NCBI RefSeq assembly: GCF_964204645.1
Contig: NC_134033.1
Coordinates: 1,818,131 to 1,882,130, forward strand
DNA: 64,000 nt
From: Tubulanus polymorphus
Lineage: Eukaryota; Animalia; Nemertea
Direction: 5' to 3'
Below are positions 11,289 through 23,830 of the stretch, piece by piece (position 1 is the first letter of the stretch; each line of letters opens with the position of its first letter). Made by a program: the position numbers and the translations under genes. Under the pieces are notes generated by a model. That model searched no databases, was not told where the DNA came from, and was given only the letters and a program-made list of their open reading frames with translations.

Positions 11289-14251
11289 TCATCGCACTAA
11301 TTCACAGATAAAAGCAAAGGGTGCGCTACACGACCCATCGTTCATGAAAAAACCAGCGGGTTTTGTCATAATATTCATACACCGTTCGTCCAATGAACTA
11401 GGTTCTCCTGCGTGCCACCTGAAGTAGGTTATCGGTGTCGAGTCACTCAGCCATATCCACGGGCCCCGCGGTGACCTAGTTCGATCGTCGAAACCGCCTA
11501 TTAGTGGGTTATCTGAAGAGAAAACAAAATTTAATTGTACACCTAGCCATCTCGCCGCCAGATCACAGGCATTTGAATATGGACTTGATATGGAATATTT
11601 AGCGATATATGTTATGATACACATTTCGATCATCTGCCATATTTTATCGATGAATTATACTGCCATGATAGAAACGCGCGCCGCGGCGTCCATTGAAACA
11701 CGCTCGAGGCTCATTGTTCAAATCAAGTGGCCACTTCTGTCCAGAGAAAAATATGGACAAATTTACTATGCTTAGGCCTACTTTGATGAAATAAATGCAA
11801 TATTCATTTAGTATGCAGTGTGCTGTCGATATTAATGGAACGCCATCCTAGCAAAAATAACTCTATTTGTCGAATTTTAGCGGCATATACGACCGAAATT
11901 CGATAAGAAATTATTGAAATTAATGTCAAAAAGTCAAGCAGAAGTCCTCGCGGTATTGTCGCACAGAAAGTGTTCGGATTTCCATGGTATAGCAATAGTT
12001 CAACGAACCCAAAATCTTACAAAGTTATTTGAATTCCATAACCGAGGAAACGCGTTTTTCAACAGATAAGGCGAATTTATCACGTCAAATTGAATTTGAT
12101 TTTAAGCAAAATCGTTTTTATCTTGTCATAATCAAATTAGATTTGGTCTAATTTTTGAATCTAACACGGCATCAAATTCAAATCGATTTGTCTAATCATC
12201 AAATCATCCCCGGAGGTGATTTGATACGATTTGAAGATGGTGGACTCACAAATTTTTTTCGAAAAGCTGATACAAATGTCAAAACTGAAAGAGAAACCTG
12301 TATCTCATTCATAGGAAATAATATTTCAATAACCGAGACAGTATTTTCTTGTCAGCCGTTTGGAACAAGGCGTGAAATTCATCCCGTTGTGCAAATCTTA
12401 TTTGATAAGATTACACGTGACTAGCAAATTATGATTAGGAAAATCAAATCTGATTTGACAAGATAAATTCGCCTATAATGTTGACAAATGTATGACAATT
12501 GCGCTGAGGTGAATTTTGTTTATCTACGAGACAGAACCCACGCTCGCATCGTCGTTGTTTACCGTCGATCAATACTTAACCTGATGGGTGATACTTTGCG
12601 ATGTACCCTCGCAGGGAATCGAATGATTGTTTACTTCTCGGCTCAGCCAACTTCCCTCCTAACACTGCGCAATGGTCTCGCGCTGCTGGCTGAGCCTTCT
12701 TGGGGTTGGTCACTACTTTATACCATCCGGCGCTGAGACGTACTGGAAATTCATCAGGGGTACTGAGTCCTTATGCAGAAGGATATGAAACGAGAAATAA
12801 GTACATAAATGAATATGGCTGCGAAACAGCTTTTACGGGTTTTCTGCGTAGATGTCTGTACAATGAACGATACGCAGCTTTGTGGCTACCAGTAACGGGA
12901 ATAACTATAGGTTTTTCTGCGAATTGTCAATTGTATGACAAATAATTAATTCATTATCTTCGCCGCGTCGAGGGAAAATAAACGTTAGTGAAAAGGTTCA
13001 GTACTAAACATTACACTGCATTCAGCATTGTAACGTGAAGTGTGGACGATCAGTTTTTGAAAGTCTCCTGTTTTCTAATCGATATGTTCATACATTTCAA
13101 ATTAGAAATGCCTTAGATTATACTTGGACGCGCGTTTTTAAATTCCTGCCAATTTCACTTCTGAAAGTGCGCTGAAAAATGTCTGGTGTTAGTACATGTA
13201 GTTTATCCAATTATACGTCTCATTTGGAATTCTGAACACATGTGAAGTGTGGATGATCAGTTTTTGAAAGTGAGCTGATAAAATGTCTAATATCTGATGT
13301 TTGTAGTTCATTTTCAATTAGAAATGTCTCAGGTGAAGCACTGAACACATGTGAAGTGTGGACGATCAGTTTTTGAAAGAGCGCTGATAAAATGTCTAAT
13401 GTCTGGTGTTTGTAGTTCATTTTCAATTAAAAATGTCTCAGGTGAAGCACTGAACACATGTGAAGTGTGGACGATCAGTTTTTGAAAGAGCGCTGATAAA
13501 ATGTCTAATGTCTGGTGTTTGTAGTTCATTTTCAATTAAAAATGTCTCAGGTGAATCACTGAACACATGTGAAGTGTGGACGATCAGTTTTAGAAAGTGT
13601 GCTGATAAAATGTCTAATGTCTGGTGTTTGTAGTTCATTTTCAATTAAAAATGTCTCAGTTGAAGTTCTGAACACACGTGAAGTGTGGATGATCAGTTTT
13701 TGAAAGTGTGCTGATAAAATGTCTAATGTCTGGTGTTTGTAGTTCATTTTCAATTAAAAATGTCTCAGGTAAAAATATCTTTTCGGACGGAAAAAACAAA
13801 GAGAAGAATAGTAATGATCAAGTACCGAGATTAGAGAGTTTGTTAAGTATGCAGACAGCAGATTCACAAACGTAGAGAGAAAGATAGTGGTCCATATGAT
13901 AATTCCAACTATTGATTAAATTAGATTAAAAGATCACATTGCCTTACCTGGGCTATCTTTAATATAAACCTCTTCGCCACTAGAGGGCGCTGTAGCTTTA
14001 ACCAATAGATCGTAGAGTTGACAACGTCCAGCGTGAAAACTGATCCCGACGCAGATGACCCCTTCTTGCGAACACAAACCCAGACATTGAACTTCTAACT
14101 GGACGTTACTGACATTTTTGTAAGCAACTAGGTTTGTCCGGACGACCTTTGCTCGTTGGTAAATAAAACCAGTCTTTCCGGCGATGGGGTTCTGAGCATA
14201 AGACAGAAACCACAACGTGAAGACGGTTTTTCGCAAGTTTTCTGCCGCCAT
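11289..14251 (-). CDS. Secreted PAN/apple + C-type lectin domain protein (238 aa). Exons 14251-13948, 12769-12581, 11512-11289
   Basis: Phase-1 introns join to 717 nt without stops. Signal-like N-terminus; PAN pattern CLGLC...CVGISF...CQLY; CTL pattern WYKVV...ARDHCAVLGGKLAEP...LIG...WIW...WHAGEPS...C...MNDGSC...FICE. Confidence 0.85.
12069..12474. mobile_element. MITE in the lectin gene intron
   Basis: TIR AGGCGAATTTATC / GATAAATTCGCCT, flanked by ATA on both sides. Confidence 0.7.
13030..13770. repeat. 109-bp tandem repeat (about 5 full copies plus a diverged one) in lectin intron 1
   Basis: Unit GAACACATGTGAAGTGTGGACGATCAGTTTTTGAAAG... recurs every 109 bp or so. Confidence 0.9.
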
Positions 14252-14794
14252 TACTTTGTGTTCTGTTTCTATTGCCAATGTGACACCCTACACAACAGTT
14301 ACGTGACGACTGTACAGGACGACGGTTGACGGTAGACCCCTTATACACCAGTAACGTGCGTCGTTAGGGAGCATCTCAAAATTTCAATATTTCCGTCGAT
14401 TAGAATAACTGTCTAATTGGTTTTTACCCCTCCCCCCCCCCCCCCGACAGCCGTAACTACGCACACGCGAGTTCTGATGATTGTCGCTGGCAACAATTAA
14501 CTGCATTTCTGAAGCCATATTAACATCATTATCAAAATATAATTAGTAAAATCAAAATTTTGTTGTTATCCTCATATTATTCAAATCATTGATATAAAAT
14601 AAGTATGGGTAGCTTTTAGAAAAATAATTTTATTTAAAAAAAATTAAATTTATCCCTTCAAACAAATTAAAATATATTTCATTAAGAATTAAATTACGTT
14701 TGGTGTGCTTTCCAGATACTGCTTACCCAAAAATTAATCATTCTGCGTCTACTAGTAATAAGGACGTCCTAGCTCTGTTAATACTATTAATTTT

Positions 14795-14910
14795 AAATCT
14801 GCGCCATCAGATAATGTAACCCGGGCGCCATCTATCCAAAGTAGTGTTAACTACATGCGCGGAACAGCCAATCCAGACCTCGACAAAATCCGGGATTCGA
14901 ACCCGCTCAA
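14795..14910 (+). promoter_or_regulatory. Putative PDHA1 promoter region in the roughly 800-bp divergent interval with the lectin gene
   Basis: Two GCGCCATC motifs, AACTACA, a CCAAT (14868) and a B-box-like GGATTCGAACC lie within 250 bp of the PDHA1 ATG. Confidence 0.5.
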
Positions 14911-15045
14911 TCTTTCGGCCGTGTCCAAGGTTCAAGTTGTCGACATTGACCAAAACGGGTCCTGCAAAAATTCGTCCCCCAAAAAATTCTTTCTAGCTTT
15001 TTCGACAATTTCTGCTCGTCATATCAGTTCGGGGACGACGTGAAA

Positions 15046-17216
15046 ATGCTTCGACGCGCCTGCACCAGCTTGAGGTCTATCAAAATAACACAGGTAAAAA
15101 GCGATGACTTGAGAATTAGATTTCAAAATACTGAAAACATGAAAAACATTTTCTTCGATTTCTTGCTTGTTCAATGTTGAATTGAACGGTCGAAACGAAC
15201 TATTCCCAAATTGTAATTTCTGTTTTTGATTTTAAAAGGGATACTGCGCCGCTTTGTCGAGATGTTATTCCGATGTCGCAACAGAAGCTACATTTGAATT
15301 AAAGGTAGGTCGGCTTTACTTGTCTTCTGCACCTGCCCCACCACCTGTCAATCAAATGATTAACCATCCCCTCCTCCTGCCCTCCCCCTCTGCCCTCCCC
15401 CTAACTTGTATCGTCTTTCTCACCTTTATTGTCAATATTTCATTGTAAAGGCCAGATTTCCACTTCCTTCTAGATTTATAAATTATTTTATCTATTCTTT
15501 TTATAAATTTTGTTAATTTCGTTTCGCAGCCGTTCAAATTGCACAAGATCGACGACGCGTTGCCGACGGAAACGACCGTTACCCGCGACGATGCGTTGCG
15601 TTACTACGAACAGATGCAGACGATTCGACGTATGGAAACTGCCGCCGGTAATCTGTACAAAGAGAAACAAGTTCGCGGTTTCTGTCATCTTTATTCCGGA
15701 CAGGTAATTACAATCCACTGAGAATCTCACAAAGATTATGGAAATATAATATGAAGTCCAAATTAGAATGTTTCCTTTGAGTTCATTCAAAGTTTCGACT
15801 ATATACTAATAGTCTTCTCATGACTAAGGAATACTGTATTTCTTGAACTAGTTTATTCCATGTTTCGACTATATCCTAATAGTAGTAGTCATAATTAGTC
15901 ATCTCCGGTCCATTCTGATTATTCCATTGCTGAAGATGACTATTAGGATAAAGTCGAAACGTTGAATAAACTACACTAGCTCAAGGAATACAGTATTCCT
16001 GAAGATGACTATTAGGATAAAGTCGAAACGTTGAATGAACTACACTAGCTCAAGGAATACAGTATTCCTGAAGATAACTATTAGGATAAAGTGGAAACGT
16101 TGAATAAACTACACTAGCTCAAGGAATACAGTATTCCTGAAGATGACTATTAGGATATAGTCGAAACGTTGAATGAACTACACTAGCTCAAGGAATACAG
16201 TATTTCTGAAGATGACTATTAGGATAAAGTCGAAACGTTGAATAAACTACACTAGCCCAAGGAATACAGTATTCCTGAAGATGATTATTAGGATATAGTC
16301 GAAACGTTGAATAAACTACACTAGCTCAAGGAATACAGTATTCCTGAAGATGACTATTAGGATATAGTCAAAACGTTGAATAAACTACACTAGCTCAAGG
16401 AATACAGTATTCCTGAAGATGATTATTAGGATAAAGTCGAAACGTTGAATAAACTACACTAGTTCAAGGAATACAGTATTCCTGAAGATGACTATTAGGA
16501 TATAGTCGAAACGTTGAATAAACTACACTAGCTCAAGGAATACAGTATTCCTGAAGATGACTATTAGGATAAAGTCGAAACGTTGAATAAACTACACTAG
16601 CTCAAGGAATACAGTATTCCTGAAGATGACTATTAGGATATAGTCGAAACGTTGAATAAACTACACTAGCTCAAGGAATACAGTATTCCTAAAGATGACT
16701 ATTAGGATACAGTCGAAACGTTGAATAAACTACATTAGTTTATTTCATACTTTTCAAACTTTCATTCCTGATGAAGATAACTATTAGAATATAATCAAGC
16801 GCTTTCAAAGAATTTAAAAAAAAGATTTGAAAATATCCAAAAGCGCTGATGAAAGATGAAGATGAAAGTGATGATGATATGAACGATGATAGCGTGTTTG
16901 TATTTTTTGTAGGAGGCGTGTTGCGTCGGAATGAAAGCGTCTCTTCTATCGGACGACGCCGTGATCACCGCGTACCGCGCCCACGGCTGGACGTACATGA
17001 TGGGCGTTTCGCCTCACGCCGTGCTCGCCGAGTTAACCGGGCGTAAGACCGGCTGCGCTCACGGTAAGGGCGGCTCCATGCATATGTACGCGCCGAATTT
17101 CTACGGAGGAAACGGAATCGTCGGAGCCCAGGTAAAAAAAAAATCTTTCTAGAAATTGGTTCTCTCGGGTTCATGGCGGCTCTTGACAGTCATGGAATGG
17201 GAACAAGAACTTAATA

Positions 17217-17252
<36 letters not shown>

Positions 17253-20200
17253 AATGAATATATTTTCTCGCATAATATATAAACTTTTAATACATAATAA
17301 CATAGATATAATAATTAGTATAGGCCCACACGATTACTGAATATATACAATCAAGCAGGACACCCCCAAGCCCTAAGGGCTGTACCTAATTGGGGCGGGG
17401 CTTGGGACTGGGTCCATTCAAGGCCTTGTCCACTAGAATCCTTGAATCAGGGTCATAGTCCTCGGATAGCATCATGAATGTACATTTTGAAGCTTTTAAC
17501 CTATTGTATAGGCCTACATTATATCAGATCTGACCATTGTATTATTGGATCTTGTAAGTTCCACAGTTGTGAGTTTGGGTTAACTCTGAGTTCACGTAAG
17601 TTCATTATCAATGAGTTAACCCAGAGTTAAATTTCAACTCACAACAGTGGAACTGGGTCCGGGGCTTCATAGTCTCCATCCGTATGAACCCTGGAATATT
17701 TGTGTTTTGCAAAATCACAGTTACCGGTACTCTTTCAGTTTCTCCCGGCGTAGCAAATTTATTTTCTCGTTTTAACTAATTTTGCTCGTATCGTTTATTT
17801 TTGACAGGTGCCGCTCGGGGCCGGAATCGCGTTCGCGCAGAAATACAACGAAACCAAGAATCTGACGGTGGCCGCGTACGGCGATGGCGCCGCCAATCAG
17901 GGGCAGGTATTCGAGGCGTACAACATCGCCAAGTTGTGGGATTTACCGGTGATATTCGTGTGCGAGAACAATCACTTCGGGATGGGCACGAGCGTCGACC
18001 GCGCGTCTGCCTGCACCGATTACTATACACGCGGCGACTACATTCCCGGCGTTTGGGTAAGTGCTGCTCGATGATGTCATAGGGGGAATTAGAGTTATAG
18101 AGGAAAGACATCCTGTGACTATAATGGATGATATTGATGTCATTGAAGTATTATAGAGGCAGCCATCTCATTCAGGTGATTTTTATATAGCCAGTGTGGA
18201 ATTGATGATGTCATAGGGGGAATTATAGATATAAAGGAAAGACGTCCTGTGTTCTGGGAATGGGAATGACTTTACGATGGATAGTATTGATGTCATAGGG
18301 GGAGTATAGAGGCAACCATCTATCAAGGTGGTTCTTCTATGGCCAGAGTGGAATTGATGATGTCATAGGGGGAATTATAGATATAAAGGAAAGACGTCCC
18401 GCGTTCTGGGAATGACTTTACGATGGATAGTATTGATGTCATAGGGGATTTATAGAGGTAGCCATCTTATCCAGGTGGTTGTTATGTGGCCAGAGTGGAA
18501 TTGATGATGTCATAGGGGGATTTATGGAGGAAGATATCTTCTCCAAGTGGTTTTGATATAGCCAGAGCAAAATGGATGATGTCATATGGGGATTTATGGA
18601 GGAAGACATATTTTCCAGGTGGTTCCTGAGCCGTCGTAAATTTAATGATGTCATAGGTGGAGTTATACAGCCAGCCATCTCTGCTTTTTGGGAATGATTT
18701 TACTAACAATAATGTCGATGTCATGGGTAAATTTGATGATGTCATAGGGGGATTTTTAAGAAGGCAGTTATATTTTCCAATAATTAGATCTTAGATCAAT
18801 TCTCTCGTGGCAATTCATTGAACGATGTCATATGGGGAATAGCTGTAGTGTATTATTATAAAGATTTTTGTGTATGATTTTGCAGGCCGATGGTATGGAC
18901 GTTTTAACGATTCGCGAGGCGACGAAATACTGCGCCGACTGGTGCCGATCGGGAAAAGGTCCGATTCTACTGGAAGTATCGACGTATCGATACCATGGAC
19001 ACAGTCTTAGTGACCCGGGAACTAGGTCAGTTATTAACCATTAAAACTATGGCGAAATGAGGGATTTCATTTTTTAAGAGAATTTCTTAAAACAGTATTT
19101 TAGATCAGGGAATTTTTACTCGAAAATCCAGGGATTTGATTTTTGGTGTCTTGTTGTTCTTGCTGGTGACGAGTGACACAAGGAACCTCTTGATAAGAAA
19201 CAGCCCTCACTGAGGATATCTTATAATTTAATCAGTGAATTTGAATTTTTGGTGTCTTGTTGTTCTTGCTGGTGACGAGTGACACAAGGAACCTCTTGAT
19301 AAGAAACAGCCCTCACTGAGGATATCTTATAATTTAATCAGGGAATTTGAATTTTTGGTGTCTTGTTGTTCTTGCTGGTGACAAATGACACAAGGAACCT
19401 CTTGATAAGAAACAGCCCTCACTGAGGACATCTTATAATTTAATCAGGGAATTTGAATTTTTGGTATCTTGTTGTTCCTGCTGGTGACGAGTGACACGAG
19501 GAACCTCTTGATAAGAAACAGCCCTCACTGAGGATATCTTATAATTTAATCAGGCAATTTTTGTCAAGTGTCAGGGAAATATCAAGGAATTTTGGAGTTC
19601 CTAATCTCTAAGAACCCTGTTTGAAATAGTTAACCGTATTTATATTTTGTTTGTAGAAGTGAATTGATGAATTTTCGTTTTGTTTCTAGTTATCGAACTC
19701 GTGAAGAAATCCAGGAAGTTCGACAGACGCGAGACCCGATCGCGCAATTCAGACAGAAAATCATCTCCGAGAACTTAGCGGAGGAGGCTGAACTCAAGGT
19801 CAGTGGAGCTCCGTAATAGTTTTTGAAAGCCAAAAAGATGAAATAAGTCGATTCCAAATGTTTTGATTTTATTGTCCAAAACTGATATTTATAGAAAAAG
19901 GGGCCAGTTGCACAGTCAGAGGCCTAGATTTCAGACCAATTTAAGACCTCATTTTGGTTCTATAACCAATCTAACAACTTAAGACCAGTCTAAGCTCATT
20001 TTGGTTCTAAAAACCAACCTAACAACTTAAGACCAGTCTAAGCTCATCTTAGTTCTATAACCAATCTAACAACTTAAGACCAGTCTATTAAGCTCAGTTG
20101 GGGTCATTCATTTATTACATACGTATTAGGGGATGGGGGAGGGGTCGGTGCAATTGCGTACTGTAATGCTTAATGTACACGAAAAAATGGCCGATTTTGC

Positions 20201-20569
20201 GTACAGAGGGGGAGGGGGGTTGAAAAATTCAAATATTATACGTACGTAATTAATGAATGATCCCTTTTGGTTTTATAGCCAATCTAACAACTTCAGACCA
20301 GTCTAAGACCATCTTAGTGCTTTATGCTTTTAAACCACTCTTAGAATTAAGACCACATTTGGACTCGCTGACCGATCGTTTCATCGAAATGTTCTCATCT
20401 CTCTCCACAGAAAATCGACCAGACGGTTCGCAAAGAGATCGACGAAGCGGTGAAGAAAGCGAAAACCGACCCGGAATTACCGAACGAGGAACTCTTCTCC
20501 GACATCTTCGTCAGACAGTCGGGACTGAAAGTGCGTTCATGCGACCCGGACATAATGATTCAAACCTAA
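15046..20569 (+). CDS. PDHA1: Pyruvate dehydrogenase E1 alpha, mitochondrial. Exons 15046-15093, 15239-15304, 15530-15703, 16913-17131, 17808-18056, 18886-19025, 19690-19798, 20411-20569
   Basis: Transit-like [13 protein letters not shown]; [28 protein letters not shown]; TAYRAHG; GKGGSMHMY...[15 protein letters not shown]; TPP motif [10 protein letters not shown]...ENN; phospho-loop [25 protein letters not shown]. All introns are GT-AG and in phase. Confidence 0.97.
15930..16740 (+). ncRNA. Tandem array of 12 x 69-bp units, each a minimal type I hammerhead-ribozyme motif, in PDHA1 intron 3 (sense strand)
   Basis: Cores start at 15930, 15999, ... 16689 (period 69). Unit: TATTC-CTGAAGA-T-GACTAT-taggat-A(T/A)AGTC-GAAA-CG-TT-GAATA plus a 25-nt linker. 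About 8 units keep an intact core and stems. Confidence 0.8.
18070..18840. repeat. Degenerate tandem repeat with core ATGATGTCATAGGGGG (PDHA1 intron 5); related copies at 2760-2920
   Basis: The core recurs at roughly 55-70 bp intervals. Confidence 0.8.
19135..19560 (+). repeat. 106-bp tandem repeat (4 copies) in PDHA1 intron 6
   Basis: Same unit as 5905-6200. Confidence 0.9.
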
Positions 20570-22315
20570 CCCGCGCGAGATTTGTTTTTTTTTTTGTCGT
20601 GAGTGCGTAGATTTTTTAACGGATTGAAAGAGACGAACGAAACGATATTCGAAAAAAATTTGTTGTTACGAAAAAAATGTTAGTTGGAAAGAAAAAAAAT
20701 CGTCGGGACTTAAATACAAAATATGATGTTATTAGTAATTTTACGGTATATTTATATCAACGTTGTGTAGCGATGAAAATGTCGATGGTGCGTAAACTTT
20801 AGTCAGTAAACCTGTGTCGGTGGTTGGATATTTTCACAGAAAAGCACATCCGATCGATAAAAGGTTGCCACCGCCAACGATTACTGGTAACTAAACTAAA
20901 TAAACTACTAATCGAATCCTAAATGACCCAGTTTTAGCAGTTTAGGTTTGAGAGATGTGAATTTTTGAAATAGTTGATTCATTCATTAAATCGGGAATTC
21001 CGCAATACGGATTAGTCTTCACATTACCGGTACTGAAGTAATCTCGATTCCGTCTATTTTCGTTTATCCAATTCTATTTATGTTTACTAATTGCAGGTCG
21101 TCATTTGGATAAGTCGTAGATTACTGAAGTCATCTCTATTTTTGAATCCCAATTTGTATTTCCAATTCAATTGACTTAAGTTTAAGTCATCAGTCATCTC
21201 TTGACTATGTTGTTCGAGCCAAAATTTTTATTTCCGATTCAATTTACTCGGTGTTATTTGTCAACGAAATCAGAACCACTCAAAACCACAACCAATGAAG
21301 CGACTTTGACTGGTTTGAACAACGGGTAAATTTGCTTTCTGTTTTTCGTAGATTGGTTTCAAATCTGTAACCAGTCTAGATGAAGTTGAAGACTGATTTA
21401 ATGACAGGTCTTCTCGGATCGGTTGTGAAACTCGGAAACCTCATTTTATTGAATGAACTGTCGCTACTATTTTTTGTGCTTGTAGTTGAAATGATATATG
21501 AGAATAATAAATTATTGAAGTCTTTAAGAATTGTTGTTCTTCTAGTTTTAGATTGTGGATAGTTTAGAGTGGCAGGTGGCACTTTTTCACTTAGTGGAAT
21601 TGCATCAATGCCTAATCATAACTTTTCTGACTTATCACAACTAGTATCCTCATGGACAGACTGACCCTGTACGCATGATTTGATACCGCCATACTCTTAG
21701 ACCAAAATCAAAAATGGGATAAGTGTAAATTGGAACAAGAAACGAAATTCTAATATGGACTTTCCTAAATGTACATGACGATGTACGGCGTTTAATTCAG
21801 TATCAAAATTAAAGAAAACAATTTGGTTTTTTTCAAATTATGAGTGGTAATTAGCATGAAGTTTTTGGCAGAATTTCAGAGGATCGGTGCTACAAGTAAT
21901 TAAAAAAGCCTGTCTCCCCTCAATTGAATCAAGCAGTTTTCATGAAAATCTGTCTATCGACGGGATTCTGTGATAACAGCATGAATGATGATTAATCATG
22001 AATACATGGTATTAGTGGGTTTTCCCCGATGACTCAATAGACCTCTTTCCTCGTGCATGGTGTTATCTCGGCGTGCATGAACTGTCCGTGACTAATAAAC
22101 TAATTTCATTTGTAAATATCGCGGTTTCTATGATATGAAGACCTGTGTTGGTGTGAATCTTTAACTAAAGAGCGATCTATCGGTTGGTATAAATTTATAA
22201 ATTATTCTAGAATATTCTAGAAGGATAAAAACAGGCGGCGGCTAATAAATTCGGAGGTAGCTGTTGGGAATCAAGTAATTTATTTCATGGCCTTATTCAG
22301 TGCCTCCATTATAGG

Positions 22316-22652
22316 CCTTTTTATGAACCAGCAAAATCGAAATAGATTAGCTATTTAGATTATATAGCCGATTAGTGTCAATTAGCATAACCGGGTATGT
22401 TGGTTGATAAAAACGCCAGGTAGAAATTATTCAATTATGGCCTACTCAGCAGCGACTTCTACCGAGAACACCATATCGGTTGGATTAGATAATCGGCATA
22501 CTTGCTCGCCGAGCGAGTATGCTGAGTATGCTGAGTATGCTAATCGATTATGATAACCAATGTTCATAAAAATGACGGATTATGACATAATCCATGCTCA
22601 TAAAAACGTTTTGCATACTCGAATATACTAATCGAGTGTTCATAAAAAGGCC
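22316..22652. mobile_element. MITE with TIR GGCCTTTTTATGAAC
   Basis: GGCCTTTTTATGAAC...GTTCATAAAAAGGCC. Confidence 0.7.
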
Positions 22653-23085
22653 TTATATTGTTCAGCTGGCTACTGGTGCGTATTCAACCCGGCGGTGGAA
22701 CCTTTCATAATGTAAACCCATTCAACAATAGCGACACAATTGCGGCTTTTCAGAGTTGTTGATATCATTCATACGCGCCATTGAATACGTCACCGGCTGA
22801 CCACGGTGTACACAAGCATAGACCATTCACCGCAGCTTACTCACACTGTGAACATGCTACCGTGGATTCTCCTCCTGGCGATCTTCGCTGCGCTCCCGCT
22901 CCTGCTCCTGTTCCTGCTTCCTGAGGAACGACGTCTTTATGTTTTATGTGTTACTGTTCGTCTCCGTGCTGTCCTGTACTGTTCCGTGTTCATTAATCCG
23001 TTCTATTTTTCAGGGATTAATGCGTTTTATTTTTCAGGGCCGATTTCTCTGTCGATTTTCAACGTTTGCTGGAACAAAACTAATC

Positions 23086-23830
23086 TCCGAAAGCGTCGGC
23101 TCTCCTTCGCCGGTCATGTGTCGAGGATGTCAGACAAAGAGTCGGTCAGGAAATGGCTGCCCTCTACACGCGCTCATACGGAACACGAAAACCAGGATGA
23201 CGAGGCCTTACTCTCCCCACCTATCAACAGAGTGTGCTAGGTGACGTCAATGACGGGCATATCTGTGGGATTGCGCGGGATACAAATGGAGCGGTTATAC
23301 TGGATTGTCACGCTACTAGCATTCATTGTGTCCTTGTGACCACCCGGATGAGGGATGATTCTACTGTCACGCTCTTTGTTTCTGGTATTCTGAGTCGGCT
23401 GAGGGATGATTCTACTGTCACGCTCTTTGATTTCTAGTTTGATTGCTAGTTTTCATTGTGTCCTTGTGATAACCTCGGTCAGTGGATGAAGTCTCTCGTC
23501 GGCTTGTGAGTGCTAGTTTCATTGTGTCCTTGTGACAACCTCGGTCAGTGGATGAAGTCTCTTGTCACGCTTTTGAGTGCTAGTTGAGATCCTGAATCTC
23601 AACCCGGTCAAGCTGGTTGTACTGCGCTATTTGTGTTTCGTGCAATTTTACAGGTGTGTCAGTTACTGACGTCGCCCAGTACATCCTGCAGTTAGATGGG
23701 GAATGTGAGGCGTTGTCATTCTGGTTTTCGCGTTCTGTGTGAGGGCGTGTAGAGGGCAGTATATTCCTGGCTGGCTCATTGTCTGGTGTTCTCGGCATGT
23801 GACCGGCGACGGAGAGCTGAAAAGCTTTCG
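23086..23830. mobile_element. Pair of RTE-type LINE 3' fragments in inverted orientation (about 23086-23290 +, about 23620-23830 -)
   Basis: LRKRRLSFAGHVSRMSD...(frameshift) LYTRSYGTRKPG, typical of the RTE ORF C-terminus. The homolog on the minus strand reads RKLFSSPSPVTCREHQ / MPRTPDNEPARN. Confidence 0.7.

Noticed and set aside
13220-13753. Four similar 65-68 aa ORFs
   Set aside because: By-products of the 109-bp tandem repeat within an intron.
15930-16740. CRISPR array
   Set aside because: Units are near-identical along their whole length with no unique spacers, there are no cas genes, and the context is a eukaryotic intron.
19135-19560. Hammerhead in the 106-bp repeat (contains CTGAGGA and GAAAC)
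   Set aside because: I could not build stem I, stem III and a UH triplet in any topology.
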